Position numbers and translations under genes: made by a program. Positions 1 through 9,289 of a DNA stretch of 64,000 nt are shown one piece after another. Location of the stretch: positions 6,701-70,700 of the forward strand of contig JBNKEI010000207.1 in the NCBI GenBank assembly GCA_050288705.1, written 5' to 3'. The notes beneath the pieces are model-generated. The model was not told the origin of the DNA, did no database searches, and saw only the letters and a list, made by a program, of their open reading frames with translations. This DNA comes from Myxococcales bacterium (GTDB lineage: Bacteria; Myxococcota; Myxococcia; Myxococcales; UBA5297). How positions within the stretch are numbered: position 1 is the stretch's first letter; each line of letters starts with the position of its first letter.

Positions 1-241
1 TGTCTTTCATTGGTCGAGTAATGGTTCTCGTATCCTGGCTATGATGCTGAACCAGATTAACCTCTCGACTAACCTCTTTTTGCTGCTTAACTTCCGCTGC
101 TTTTTGCGGATGATTTGGCTTGGTGTCACCGCCAAAAATCATAGAAATTCTTCGTAGGAATACCAGATATGGCCCTAAAGCGCTTTGAACCCTAGCAGAT
201 ATGATGGACTGAATAGTGGACTGAATATCAATGCTTTGCAT
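1..241 (-). CDS. hypothetical protein, N-terminal part (ORF runs off the window start)
   Basis: Minus-strand ATG at 241-239 opens a frame (MQSIDIQSTIQSIISARVQSALGPYLVF...) that is still open at position 1. No family recognised. Confidence 0.3.
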   Translation of the reverse strand, partial: MQSIDIQSTIQSIISARVQSALGPYLVFLRRISMIFGGDTKPNHPQKAAEVKQQKEVSREVNLVQHHSQDTRTITRPMKD

Positions 242-698
242 TGCTGACTCCCAAGTGTGCATGGTGTTGAAAGGAGCGGGAATATAAGATCGTTTTTGAA
301 AAATGGCTACAACGAATTTACTTTTTGAAAAATACCCGCGATGCTCCCCAGTACTAAAGTACTATTCCTCATTTTGTGCTGTGTATCAAGTTTAGTGCTT
401 CCCGCCCGCACCCGCATTCAAAGCTATCGTTTGATTACATTTGAGTAACAAAACCGAACCTTCGCGAATTCCTTCCAATGAATTTATTGGAAGTAGACAC
501 CATAAACACTCGGTGGTTTGTATTTCTATATAGCTGTTTTAGGTGCAACCAACAATCTATCAAAAGCAAATCCCCACCATCGGTTTGCCTTTCAGCAATC
601 AACCAGCAGAACAGGTGCCAAACCTTCCACCTGTGTTTTGCATAACCTTAATCTTCACTTTATAGGAGTGTAAACACAAGCTGGTGTCGACAAATTCG

Positions 699-1181
699 CT
701 ATCTGGTTTCTTCTACTAAGCCAGTGAATTTTCCTTCCAAAGTTCTTCTGGCGCCTATTTCTTCTCCATCGCTAAAAGAGAGCGAAAAGCTTCCATGAAC
801 TGATTTTCCTACATCTGGATGGTCATCAAAACTAAGCTCGCCGCGCTCAATAAAAGGAAGGGTTTGCACTGGCTCGCCATCCATTGCCCGGGAAACCGCA
901 GCTCGACGGTGTCCCGGTTGATATTCGCCTCCCAGGTCAATGGTTTTATTTACGTCAATCCCTTCGGTGGCTACGGTCAAAGAAATAACTACTTCCCGTC
1001 CTTCCGATTTCAAATAGTTAATTTGAATGGCCTTCGGTGAGCGGCGAATTTGTACCGAGGAAAAAGATAGATCAAAGGCCTCTGACAAAGAACCGCCTAA
1101 CTCGGTATCTGCGCAACCAGACAAAAGCAGAAAAGTTATTCCTACCGTTGCAAGCAAACGAAAAAAGGCCGGGCTTTTCAC
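699..1181 (-). CDS. hypothetical lipoprotein
   Basis: 160 aa ORF. N-terminal signal peptide ends in the lipobox LLSGC. No recognisable catalytic motifs. Confidence 0.6.
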   Translation of the reverse strand: MKSPAFFRLLATVGITFLLLSGCADTELGGSLSEAFDLSFSSVQIRRSPKAIQINYLKSEGREVVISLTVATEGIDVNKTIDLGGEYQPGHRRAAVSRAMDGEPVQTLPFIERGELSFDDHPDVGKSVHGSFSLSFSDGEEIGARRTLEGKFTGLVEETR

Positions 1182-1192
1182 AAAAGAACTCC

Positions 1193-2557
1193 TTAACGCG
1201 CCACAATGGCTAGTTTGAGCTTGGTATTGGTCGTGTCTTTATAGGCTACGATTACTTTTCCATTGGGAAGGTATACGGCTTTAGTCTGATGTCCTCCCTG
1301 AGGATCGATTTCCTGTTTGTACCATATTCCATCTCCAGGGCGGCGTTGGGCAAGCATGAGCGATTCTTGTTTGTTGTTTGCATCTGAATAGGTGCTGTAT
1401 ATCACTAGCGGATCACCATAAGAATTAAACACTAGAGAAGGATAGCGTATTGGTCTTGCGGATCCGATGCCTTCGATAGGTTCTGATCGTCCCCAATCAA
1501 TACCATTTGTTGATTGAAGGTAGTAGACTATGCCGTCTTCAGCGTTTTCGTAAGCAATGCCATAAGCTGCGGGGTTTAAGCCGAAATCTGGATCATTATA
1601 GGCGGGATGCCAAGACAGGGAGGGACCGGTATTTGTTTTTACCGAAGTATTGATAGCTTTTGGTTTGCTCCACTCAATGGAATCGGTTCCAATCCCGGTG
1701 CCATGTACAATATGAAGGCCGGTAGGGCTATCATTTGGCTCTGCCAGAGTGCTCCAAGCAATACTTATTACCCGTTGGTCGGCGATAGTTATAGAATTTC
1801 GGCCGCCATGGCCAGTGGTTTCATTCCATTGGCAATACACTGGAATGCCTCCCGATGAATTTACTCGTTGGATATACATTTCTACAAATGATTTGCGGTA
1901 GTCGGTGGGAAACTGACCACCGTGGACATCGCGAAATGCTACAAAAACATTGCCGTTAGAGTCTACCGCCATGGCTGGCCATAACCCAACTACGTCTCCG
2001 AACTGTGGATTCACCGGAACCTCACAACCCGTAATATTTGCACCACGCTGCACAGGGGTTTGCACTGACCAGTTTCCTCCACTACGCCTGGCAATCGCCA
2101 AATCTCCTTCCTTCCAATAAAGACTGGGTTGGCCAGTGTCTCCGGTATAGGGATTATCGGTATTGTTTCTTCCGGGCTCCCCTCCTAAATAGGCAATCAC
2201 TGGTTCACCATTGGAAAATCCTAATGACACTCCCTCCACGACTTCCACCGTGTCAACAGTTTGCGGTGACTGGTTAGACTCGATGTAACGAAGGTTATAT
2301 TTTGCTGGTTCTTGGGGGTTAGCTTTGGGCAGCTCGGCAAAGTAGGCTACTCCCATTTTATCGCCGTTTGCTGCTAGAGAGATAGGCAGGTTGCCAATAG
2401 CATTGTTATCCAATTCGATAATTTTTCCTGGCTCGATTTTGGTCCAATCTTCTGGGGGAGGCGGTGGGTCGATAGGTGGTTTAGAGTCAACAGGATCTTT
2501 AGAGCACCCCCAAACAAATACACTCAACCCCCAAAGAGCAAGCCATATTGCCTTCAT
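1193..2557 (-). CDS. hypothetical lipoprotein, repeated beta-propeller-like blades
   Basis: 454 aa ORF with signal peptide and lipobox (VWGC). Recurring motifs of the type xGxVAY / IAY / VIY suggest propeller blades. Lies 11 bp upstream of the next lipoprotein gene on the same strand. Confidence 0.6.
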   Translation of the reverse strand: MKAIWLALWGLSVFVWGCSKDPVDSKPPIDPPPPPEDWTKIEPGKIIELDNNAIGNLPISLAANGDKMGVAYFAELPKANPQEPAKYNLRYIESNQSPQTVDTVEVVEGVSLGFSNGEPVIAYLGGEPGRNNTDNPYTGDTGQPSLYWKEGDLAIARRSGGNWSVQTPVQRGANITGCEVPVNPQFGDVVGLWPAMAVDSNGNVFVAFRDVHGGQFPTDYRKSFVEMYIQRVNSSGGIPVYCQWNETTGHGGRNSITIADQRVISIAWSTLAEPNDSPTGLHIVHGTGIGTDSIEWSKPKAINTSVKTNTGPSLSWHPAYNDPDFGLNPAAYGIAYENAEDGIVYYLQSTNGIDWGRSEPIEGIGSARPIRYPSLVFNSYGDPLVIYSTYSDANNKQESLMLAQRRPGDGIWYKQEIDPQGGHQTKAVYLPNGKVIVAYKDTTNTKLKLAIVAR

Positions 2558-2783
2558 TATTTTGCCTCCAAGTTAATGCCCGCTTTTAAGAATACCGCGA
2601 ACACAACAATGCTTGAAAGAGAACTTTTCGCTACATCGTACTATAGCACTGGCCAGCCCCTATTTTTGCTCTTGTACGATCGAACAGCCGGTCCTGCGTA
2701 CTTCATTTTTATAGATGTCGTTTTCAAGCCTACCACAATTTTTTCGTTGGCCGAAAACCAGGGCCATATCCACCTTGTTAGAG

Positions 2784-3569
2784 ATGCCAAATATGGCCTC
2801 CATACCGAAGCTTCAATTGGTGGAAATTGGAAAGGTTTTTGTCACCAAAACCGGGCAGGTTGAGGCTTTGCGAAAAATCAATTTGACTTTGCAAAAAGGT
2901 GAATTTGTGGCTCTGATGGGTCCCTCGGGATGCGGCAAAACTACTCTGCTTAATCTGGTTGCCGGATTAGAGCAAGCAGACGAAGGTCAAGTGCGCGTTG
3001 ACGGAAAGGTGGTAAAGGGCGCGGGACCAGATCGTATTGTTATGTTTCAGGAATCGGCTCTTTTCCCTTGGCTAAATGTGCAATCAAACGTGGAATTCGG
3101 CATGGCTCTTCAAAAAGTGAACCGTCGTGAACGACGACGGCGAGCTAGTGAGGGGTTGCAACATGTGCATCTTAGCTCCTTTGCCAAAAGCTATGTGCAT
3201 GAGCTTTCGGGAGGAATGCGACAAAGAGTAGCTTTGGCGCGAGCATTGGTTCTTAAACCAGATATTCTTCTAATGGATGAGCCTTTTGCCGCTTTGGATG
3301 CCGATACTCGGCTCGCTTTGACTCGGGAAGTAGAATCATTGTGGAAAGAGATGCAGATGACCGTGGTTTTTGTCACTCATCACGTTCCCAGCGGGGTGCA
3401 ATTGGCGGAAAGGATTGTAGTATTCGGAACCCATCCCGGAAGAATTCTTAGTGAGTACCGGGTTGATTTTCCTAGGCCTCGCGACGAAGCCGATCCAGAA
3501 GTCTTGGCCTTGTCTCAGCAGATTACCCAGCATTTTTCCGCTTCAATGCGCGCAGGATTTGAGGAGTAG
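2784..3569 (+). CDS. ABC transporter ATP-binding protein (nitrate/sulfonate/taurine NitT family-like)
   Basis: Walker A GPSGCGKTT, signature LSGGMRQR, Walker B ILLMDEPF. The ORF opens at 2715, but homology begins near the ATG at 2784 (MPNMASIPKLQLVEIGK). Confidence 0.9.
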   Translation: MPNMASIPKLQLVEIGKVFVTKTGQVEALRKINLTLQKGEFVALMGPSGCGKTTLLNLVAGLEQADEGQVRVDGKVVKGAGPDRIVMFQESALFPWLNVQSNVEFGMALQKVNRRERRRRASEGLQHVHLSSFAKSYVHELSGGMRQRVALARALVLKPDILLMDEPFAALDADTRLALTREVESLWKEMQMTVVFVTHHVPSGVQLAERIVVFGTHPGRILSEYRVDFPRPRDEADPEVLALSQQITQHFSASMRAGFEE

Positions 3570-3572
3570 GGC

Positions 3573-4343
3573 GTGGCCAGCGGTTACGTGTCTCGGCTGC
3601 AACAAGTGATGTTTTTTTCGGTAGCAATCATATTATGGCAAGCTGGAGCATATTTTGGTCTGTGGAAAACTTATTTATTTCCTTCCCCCTATGACGTGGC
3701 TCAAAGATTGGCTGAAGGATTTGCTAGTGGCGTTTATGTAAAAGGGATGGGCATTACGCTTTTCCGGCTCTTACAGGGATACCTTATAAGTTCGGTAGCA
3801 GGAGTAGTGCTGGGAGTGTTTATTCGCTACGTTTCTTTGCTTGATCGCACTATTGGCGCTCTCATTGTGGGATTACAAGCCTTGCCTTCAGTTTGCTGGT
3901 TGCCGATTGCTCTTCTCTGGTTTGGTCTTTCCGAAACCGCCATTATTTTTGTAGTAGTAATGGGTGCTTTGCTTTCTATTACCGTGGCTACCGAACAGGG
4001 TATTCGCAATGTGCCACCTATTTATGTTCGTGCGGCACGCACCATGGGAGCGCATGGTCTTAATTTGTATATGCGGGTAGTATTACCAGCAGCGCTTCCC
4101 TCTATTATTACCGGAATGAACTTGGGATGGGCGTTTGCTTGGCGATCACTAATGGCTGCGGAGCTGCTGTACATATCGGGAGGGCTGGGCCAACTTTTAA
4201 TGATGAGTAGAGAATTCAATGACATCGCAGAAATGGTAGCGGTAATGGCGGTAATTGTGGCGGTAGGACTTTTAAGTGACCGCCTAGTTTTTGTGAGATT
4301 AGAACGCATAGTTCGTGAGCGCTTCGGCTATGACCGGCCGTAA
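3573..4343 (+). CDS. ABC transporter permease (SsuC/TauC-like)
   Basis: 256 aa polytopic membrane protein. GTG start with GAGGAG 6 nt upstream and a 3 bp gap after the ATPase gene. Binding-protein-dependent transport permease pattern. Confidence 0.85.
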   Translation: MASGYVSRLQQVMFFSVAIILWQAGAYFGLWKTYLFPSPYDVAQRLAEGFASGVYVKGMGITLFRLLQGYLISSVAGVVLGVFIRYVSLLDRTIGALIVGLQALPSVCWLPIALLWFGLSETAIIFVVVMGALLSITVATEQGIRNVPPIYVRAARTMGAHGLNLYMRVVLPAALPSIITGMNLGWAFAWRSLMAAELLYISGGLGQLLMMSREFNDIAEMVAVMAVIVAVGLLSDRLVFVRLERIVRERFGYDRP

Positions 4344-5258
4344 CTAATCAGCAAAAGGGACTTCCATTTGCAAACCGTCTTTAGCGCAGTCGGTACGAGC
4401 AAATTCTTCTCTTGCCTGCTGTAAAAGAGAGGTAACGTCAGTGTCATAACGGCTAGAAATATGGGTTAGCACTAAACGTTTGGCCTGAGCCTCTTTGGCT
4501 AACAAAGCAGCACCCCGGGCGGTGGAATGTCCGGTTTCGTTGGCGCGAATAATATCTTCGTCTCCAAAAGTAGCTTCGTGAATAAGCAAATCGGCGTTAA
4601 TGGCTGCATTTTGGGTTGAGGAACAAGGGCGAGTATCTCCGGAAATAACCACTTTGCGTCCCGAACGTGCAGGGCCAACTACTTGCGAGGGAAAAATTTC
4701 CCGGCCGTCGGGTAAAATTATGTTCTGACCTTTTTGTAACCTGCCAAACAAAGGGCCCTCGGGAATATGCAAAGCTCGGGCTTTTTCTAAATCAAATCTT
4801 CCCGGACGATCGGGTTCGACTAACGCATATCCTAATGCTGGCACGCGGTGATTAACTTCAAAAGCATGAATTTGATAACCATTTCGTTGGACCACATCTC
4901 CGTCTTTAAGCTCATGAATCTCTGTTAGAAAATGATTTGCTTGCATTCCCAAACTAAGCGCTTGCGTTAGTATGCGCTTTGCAGACCGGGGACCAAATAA
5001 ATGCATTGGTTCTTGCCGATCGGCCATCTTTAGAGTGCGTACAAAACCAATAATACCCAGAAAATGGTCGGCATGTAGGTGGGTGAAAAACACGTCCTGA
5101 ACGTCGAAGCCAGTGCCATAGCGCATCATTTGACGCTGAGTACCTTCTCCGCAGTCGAAAAGTAACAAATCACCTTCGCGTTTCACGGCAATGGATGAAA
5201 GGCTGCGGGAAATGGTTGGCGCTGCTGCCGATGTGCCTAAAAAAGTTACTCTAATCAT
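4344..5258 (-). CDS. rnz: ribonuclease Z (metallo-beta-lactamase fold tRNA 3' endonuclease)
   Basis: 304 aa. N-terminus MIRVTFLGTSAAAPT...LLFDCGEGTQRQ plus the HLHADH motif, typical of RNase Z/ElaC. Confidence 0.9.
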   Translation of the reverse strand: MIRVTFLGTSAAAPTISRSLSSIAVKREGDLLLFDCGEGTQRQMMRYGTGFDVQDVFFTHLHADHFLGIIGFVRTLKMADRQEPMHLFGPRSAKRILTQALSLGMQANHFLTEIHELKDGDVVQRNGYQIHAFEVNHRVPALGYALVEPDRPGRFDLEKARALHIPEGPLFGRLQKGQNIILPDGREIFPSQVVGPARSGRKVVISGDTRPCSSTQNAAINADLLIHEATFGDEDIIRANETGHSTARGAALLAKEAQAKRLVLTHISSRYDTDVTSLLQQAREEFARTDCAKDGLQMEVPFAD

Positions 5259-5346
5259 CGGCGCACAGACATGCCTTTAGTGGCTAACAACATGCAACTG
5301 GTCTTTATATTATAAGGAGAAAAAATAGTAGTCTCTTTCGTAATAG

Positions 5347-5799
5347 TTAGACATGAATATGCAAAGTAGCTGCCTCTACAAAACGATGCAACTCAGTGCG
5401 CGAAATAGCTCCCGACACTCGGTCTATTTCTTTTCCACCTCGAAACAGTGCCAATGTAGGAATGGATTGCACGTAATGACGCTCGGCAGCTTGGGGATAA
5501 GCCTCGGTGTTTAGTCGCACCAGTACCAAAGCCCCCGCTTTTTCTCGGGCAAACCCATCGAAAACTGGCGCAAACGCCTGGCATGGTCCACACCATGGCG
5601 CCCAAAAATCAACTAGTACTGGCGCCGGAGAAGAGGAAATCGCTCGTTGTAAACTATTTTCGTCAACAGATTGGGCAACACCGGTAGTATTCAAATCAGA
5701 TTTGCACTTGCCGCAGACTGCTTGTCCTTGGGGCACCAATAGAGATATGCGGTTAAAGGAGCCACAGTGTTCGCATCGAAAAACCAAAGGAGTATTCAT
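5347..5799 (-). CDS. trxC: thioredoxin 2-type thioredoxin with N-terminal zinc finger
   Basis: WCGPC active site preceded by CxxC...CxxC (CEHCGSF...CGKCKSDL). The N-terminus MNTPLVFRCEHCG aligns with E. coli TrxC MNTVCTHCQ, so the ATG at 5799 is preferred over the TTG at 5835. Confidence 0.85.
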   Translation of the reverse strand: MNTPLVFRCEHCGSFNRISLLVPQGQAVCGKCKSDLNTTGVAQSVDENSLQRAISSSPAPVLVDFWAPWCGPCQAFAPVFDGFAREKAGALVLVRLNTEAYPQAAERHYVQSIPTLALFRGGKEIDRVSGAISRTELHRFVEAATLHIHV

Positions 5800-5912
5800 G
5801 AAACGTTTAATAATCACCTTAATGATACCGGTCAAGACGATTTCGTAGACTTTTTTAAAGGCTTGCGATTAGTGTCGATCCGAGTAGGCACTTTCTAGAA
5901 AGACCAAAACCC

Positions 5913-7364
5913 ATGAAAAACTGCGGCCAGGATGAAAATGAAGAATTAGGGCTGGAATGCGATCCGCCTCATGCCAGAGGAGTTTTTTGTAATCGTACGC
6001 TGAATATGCGTTCTATCCGCGCTATTGGTTACGACATGGACTACACCCTGGTTCACTACGATGTGTATGCCTGGGAAATGCGTGCTTTCGAACATTTGAA
6101 GCTTCGGTTTTTGGAAAACGGGTGGCCGGTGGAGAATTGTGTCTTTGACCCCCAACAGGTGGCCCGCGGTTTGATTGTCGATACAAAATTGGGAAATATA
6201 GTCAAAGCAAATCGTTTTGGGTATGTGAAACTGGCCTATCATGGCACTCGAAGGCTCGATTTTGACGAGCAAAGGCGCGTATATTCGCGAGTTGTGGTTG
6301 ATTTAGCTCAAGAACGATGGGTATTTCTGAATACTCTGTTTTCACTTTCTGAAGCAAGCATGTATTCACAATTAGTAGTACTACTTGACAATCGGCAATT
6401 GCCAGATGTTTTGGGATATGCAAATTTATTTCATTGTATACATCGTGTACTTGACCAAGCACATATGGAGGGCGAACTTAAAGCCGAAATTATGGCCGAC
6501 CCCGAGAGGTTTGTCTCTTTAGATGCGGAAACGGCCAGAGCGCTATTGGATCAAAAGCAGGCAGACAAGAAATTGATGCTCATTACCAATTCCGGATGGA
6601 GCTATACCAATTCCATGATGTCATATGCTTTTGAACGGTTTCTTCCTGGGGGGATGAAATGGAGAGACCTGTTTGAAGTAGTGGTAGTAGAGGCTCGTAA
6701 GCCGGAGTTTTTTCTTTCCCATGGCCCTCTTTTCGAAGTTGTTAATGATCAAGGTTTACTCAAACCTGCTATGGCGATTACCAAGGGAGGAATTTTTTTT
6801 GGAGGAGATGCCTCATTGGTAGAAAAGCGGTTAGGGGTGTCCGGCGACGAGATACTTTATGTGGGCGACCATATGTGGGGCGATGTGCATGTGTCTAAAA
6901 GTGCGTTACGATGGCGTACGGCGCTTATTTTGCGGGAACTGGAGTCGGAAATTCAGGCAATGGAATCGTTTTCAGTCTCCAGAGCGCAGTTAAAGAAAAA
7001 AATGCGTGAAAAGGAAAAGCTTGAGCACCAAATATGCCGGCTGCGGCTGGCGCTTCAGCGCTGGCAAGCGGGCGAACTTCCAGGTGACAATGCAGTGGCT
7101 CTTTTGGAAAAAAACCTAGAGCGGACACGCGAAGAGCTGGAATCACTTGATTCGCAAATTGCCCCCCTTGCCCAAGCATCTGGAGAGCTAGGGAATCCTT
7201 ATTGGGGACTGCTCCTTCGATCAGGAAATGACAAGAGTCATCTCGCCTCCCAGGTAGAGCGTTATGCGGACGTTTACACTTCCCGAGTTTCCAATCTTCT
7301 ATACCGCACGCCTTTTGTTTTTTATCGCTCGGCGTATGGAGTCATGCCTCACGACCAAGACTGA
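5913..7364 (+). CDS. HAD-superfamily 5'-nucleotidase (cytosolic purine 5'-nucleotidase / cN-II-like family)
   Basis: 483 aa. The motif FCNRTLNMRSIRAIGYDMDYTLVHY (DMDYT as HAD motif I) is characteristic of the 5_nucleotid family. Coiled-coil-like C-terminal region. Confidence 0.75.
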   Translation: MKNCGQDENEELGLECDPPHARGVFCNRTLNMRSIRAIGYDMDYTLVHYDVYAWEMRAFEHLKLRFLENGWPVENCVFDPQQVARGLIVDTKLGNIVKANRFGYVKLAYHGTRRLDFDEQRRVYSRVVVDLAQERWVFLNTLFSLSEASMYSQLVVLLDNRQLPDVLGYANLFHCIHRVLDQAHMEGELKAEIMADPERFVSLDAETARALLDQKQADKKLMLITNSGWSYTNSMMSYAFERFLPGGMKWRDLFEVVVVEARKPEFFLSHGPLFEVVNDQGLLKPAMAITKGGIFFGGDASLVEKRLGVSGDEILYVGDHMWGDVHVSKSALRWRTALILRELESEIQAMESFSVSRAQLKKKMREKEKLEHQICRLRLALQRWQAGELPGDNAVALLEKNLERTREELESLDSQIAPLAQASGELGNPYWGLLLRSGNDKSHLASQVERYADVYTSRVSNLLYRTPFVFYRSAYGVMPHDQD

Positions 7365-7568
7365 TCGCTATCCTGATCGAGGTAACTGTGGTATTAAGGC
7401 ACCAGAAAAGTAAGCCAAAGGACAGAGGGCATGGCGATAAGGCATTGACTCCTTTTAAGGAACAAAGCACAAGCAATGCCAGGTTATTGGCGGTAGCAAG
7501 AACGGAAAGGGTAGTGCATGTCGGTGGTTTGCAAACATGGGGCTGGCGGGAAAAAACTGATTTGGCGG

Positions 7569-9263
7569 ATGCTAGCGAAAAACCGCGCGTGTGCAATTGT
7601 CGCTGCCATGGGTACAGTGATTGGTTGCTCTAATACCATTCTGGAGCAAACTGATAAAGATAACCGCATTTCTATCGAGGGTGAATTTTGTACCAGAAGC
7701 TCTAGCGAACTACAGCTACCAGTGAAAGTTCTTTTCTTGGTGGATGCTAGTCTAAGCATGGTTATAAATGACCCCAAACCTCCCAATGGTCACAGTAAAA
7801 GAGCTTCGGCAGTTAACGAAGTTTTGCAAACTTATTGTGAAAAAAGTAATTATTCATTTGGTATCATTCAATTTGCTACTAATGAAGCAAATATCGGCAT
7901 TTCTTACCTCACCGGAGATTTTGTTCCTTGTAACCCCGAAGTGTCGGTAGAAAAGCAATTTGGCAGATATATTAACCAATTAGACTCTCCATTTGGTAAC
8001 ACACCATACTTGGCTGTGTTGGACAAGGCCAAAGAAGCCATTAATGAAGATATTGCGAAGATGACTCCCGAAATGCAACAAACTACCCGCTACGCCATTG
8101 TTTTTTTTAGTGACGGAGAGCCTTGTGTTTACGATCCAAATAATTTAGGAAAACTAAAAGGGGAAGATTTCGATCTTATTTTAAAGAAAATTGATGACAT
8201 TATGTCGTTGGAAAAAATGGTAGGCGGAATCTCTTTCAGCACTAGTTACCTAGAAAATACTCTCCCTAGTCAATGTAATATATGGAGCGAAGAAATTTCT
8301 GGTCCTCCCGCTCTTTTGCAGGCCATGGCCAATCACGGACGGGGAGTGTTTCAAAAGTTTTCATCGTCTATTGATATAAGTTTTTTGGAATTAATTAAAG
8401 GAGCAGTTTATCAGACTTTTACCCTTTTTGACGTAGTAGCTACAAATCGGTCGGCCAAGCTGTCTTTTCGTAATAACAAGCTGATGTTATTGCCTGACTC
8501 CGATACCGATGGTCTCTCCGATTTTGAGGAAATAGAACAGTACCACACCGATCCATTGCTGGCAGATACCGATAATGATGGCTGCAGAGACGGTATTGAA
8601 ATAAGGAAAGGTTTCTGGCCTTTGAGTGGGATTACGGAGACGCCAGTAGGTTGGTCAGACCCTTGCAAAGTGCCCGAGGGCTCTAGTATAGAGCACGAAC
8701 AACTTCGTATGGATACTGACGGAGATTTTTTATTTGATCGTGAAGAGTTTCTAGTATTGCAAACCAGTAAAGTGACACCAGATAGCGACGGCGATGGCTT
8801 ACCTGATGGATTAGAAGCGTTTCAGGGTTCCAACCCTCACAATAATGACGGAGCTATAGTTGTCGATCAGGATGCTGATGGGGTAAGCGATCGCTATGAA
8901 ATAAAGGCGCATACAATACCTTCCATAAACGAAGAAAAAGAGAAAGATGATGCCAGGGAGAAATATGCGTATGTTTACGAAAAGCACTTATCAAATACTA
9001 AGGAAAACGGTCAAAGATGTTATACTTTTAGAGTTGATAATATCGGTTTGGTAGAAACTTTAGAGTCAGAAAGTAATTCTGCTGGAGAGAATTTGATTGA
9101 TCTCTACTTTATCCAGCATTCCGATGGGTTAAGCAAAGCGCCGCCATTTATTGAACGCGCAACTTATCGCCAAAAATTCTTTTTATCGGGAGCAAGAGAA
9201 CCTGATCGCTCGCTTATTACTTTTGATAACCAAGATTTAGTTTTATTGGGAGTTCCCCAATAA
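7569..9263 (+). CDS. VWA-domain lipoprotein with thrombospondin type-3-like calcium-binding repeats
   Basis: Lipobox at MLAKNRACAIVAAMGTVIGC. MIDAS-like DxSxS motif (LFLVDASLSM). Five DxDxDGxxDxxE repeats in the C-terminal half. The ORF opens at 7518; the ATG at 7569 gives a proper signal peptide. Confidence 0.75.
   Translation: MLAKNRACAIVAAMGTVIGCSNTILEQTDKDNRISIEGEFCTRSSSELQLPVKVLFLVDASLSMVINDPKPPNGHSKRASAVNEVLQTYCEKSNYSFGIIQFATNEANIGISYLTGDFVPCNPEVSVEKQFGRYINQLDSPFGNTPYLAVLDKAKEAINEDIAKMTPEMQQTTRYAIVFFSDGEPCVYDPNNLGKLKGEDFDLILKKIDDIMSLEKMVGGISFSTSYLENTLPSQCNIWSEEISGPPALLQAMANHGRGVFQKFSSSIDISFLELIKGAVYQTFTLFDVVATNRSAKLSFRNNKLMLLPDSDTDGLSDFEEIEQYHTDPLLADTDNDGCRDGIEIRKGFWPLSGITETPVGWSDPCKVPEGSSIEHEQLRMDTDGDFLFDREEFLVLQTSKVTPDSDGDGLPDGLEAFQGSNPHNNDGAIVVDQDADGVSDRYEIKAHTIPSINEEKEKDDAREKYAYVYEKHLSNTKENGQRCYTFRVDNIGLVETLESESNSAGENLIDLYFIQHSDGLSKAPPFIERATYRQKFFLSGAREPDRSLITFDNQDLVLLGVPQ
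8496..8901 (+). repeat. five TSP3-like acidic Ca-binding repeats inside the VWA lipoprotein gene
   Basis: The translated repeats are DSDTDGLSDFEE, DTDNDGCRDGIE, DTDGDFLFDREE, DSDGDGLPDGLE and DQDADGVSDRYE. Confidence 0.6.
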
Positions 9264-9289
9264 CGTGTTGGTTAAGAGAAGGCGCAGTT

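Noticed and set aside
612-642. Hairpin ACAGGTG...CACCTGT with an internal GGAAGG on the minus strand, considered as an SRP (4.5S) RNA helix 8-like element.
   Set aside because: The flanking sequence lacks the conserved SRP motifs (AGGUCCGGAAGGAAGCAGCC context) and the long closing helix. Only a superficial GGAA similarity remains.
2784-4343. ABC importer ATPase + permease pair with no adjacent substrate-binding protein gene.
   Set aside because: Binding-protein genes are often encoded elsewhere. The two neighbouring lipoproteins on the opposite strand do not look like SBPs. This is not unusual enough to flag.
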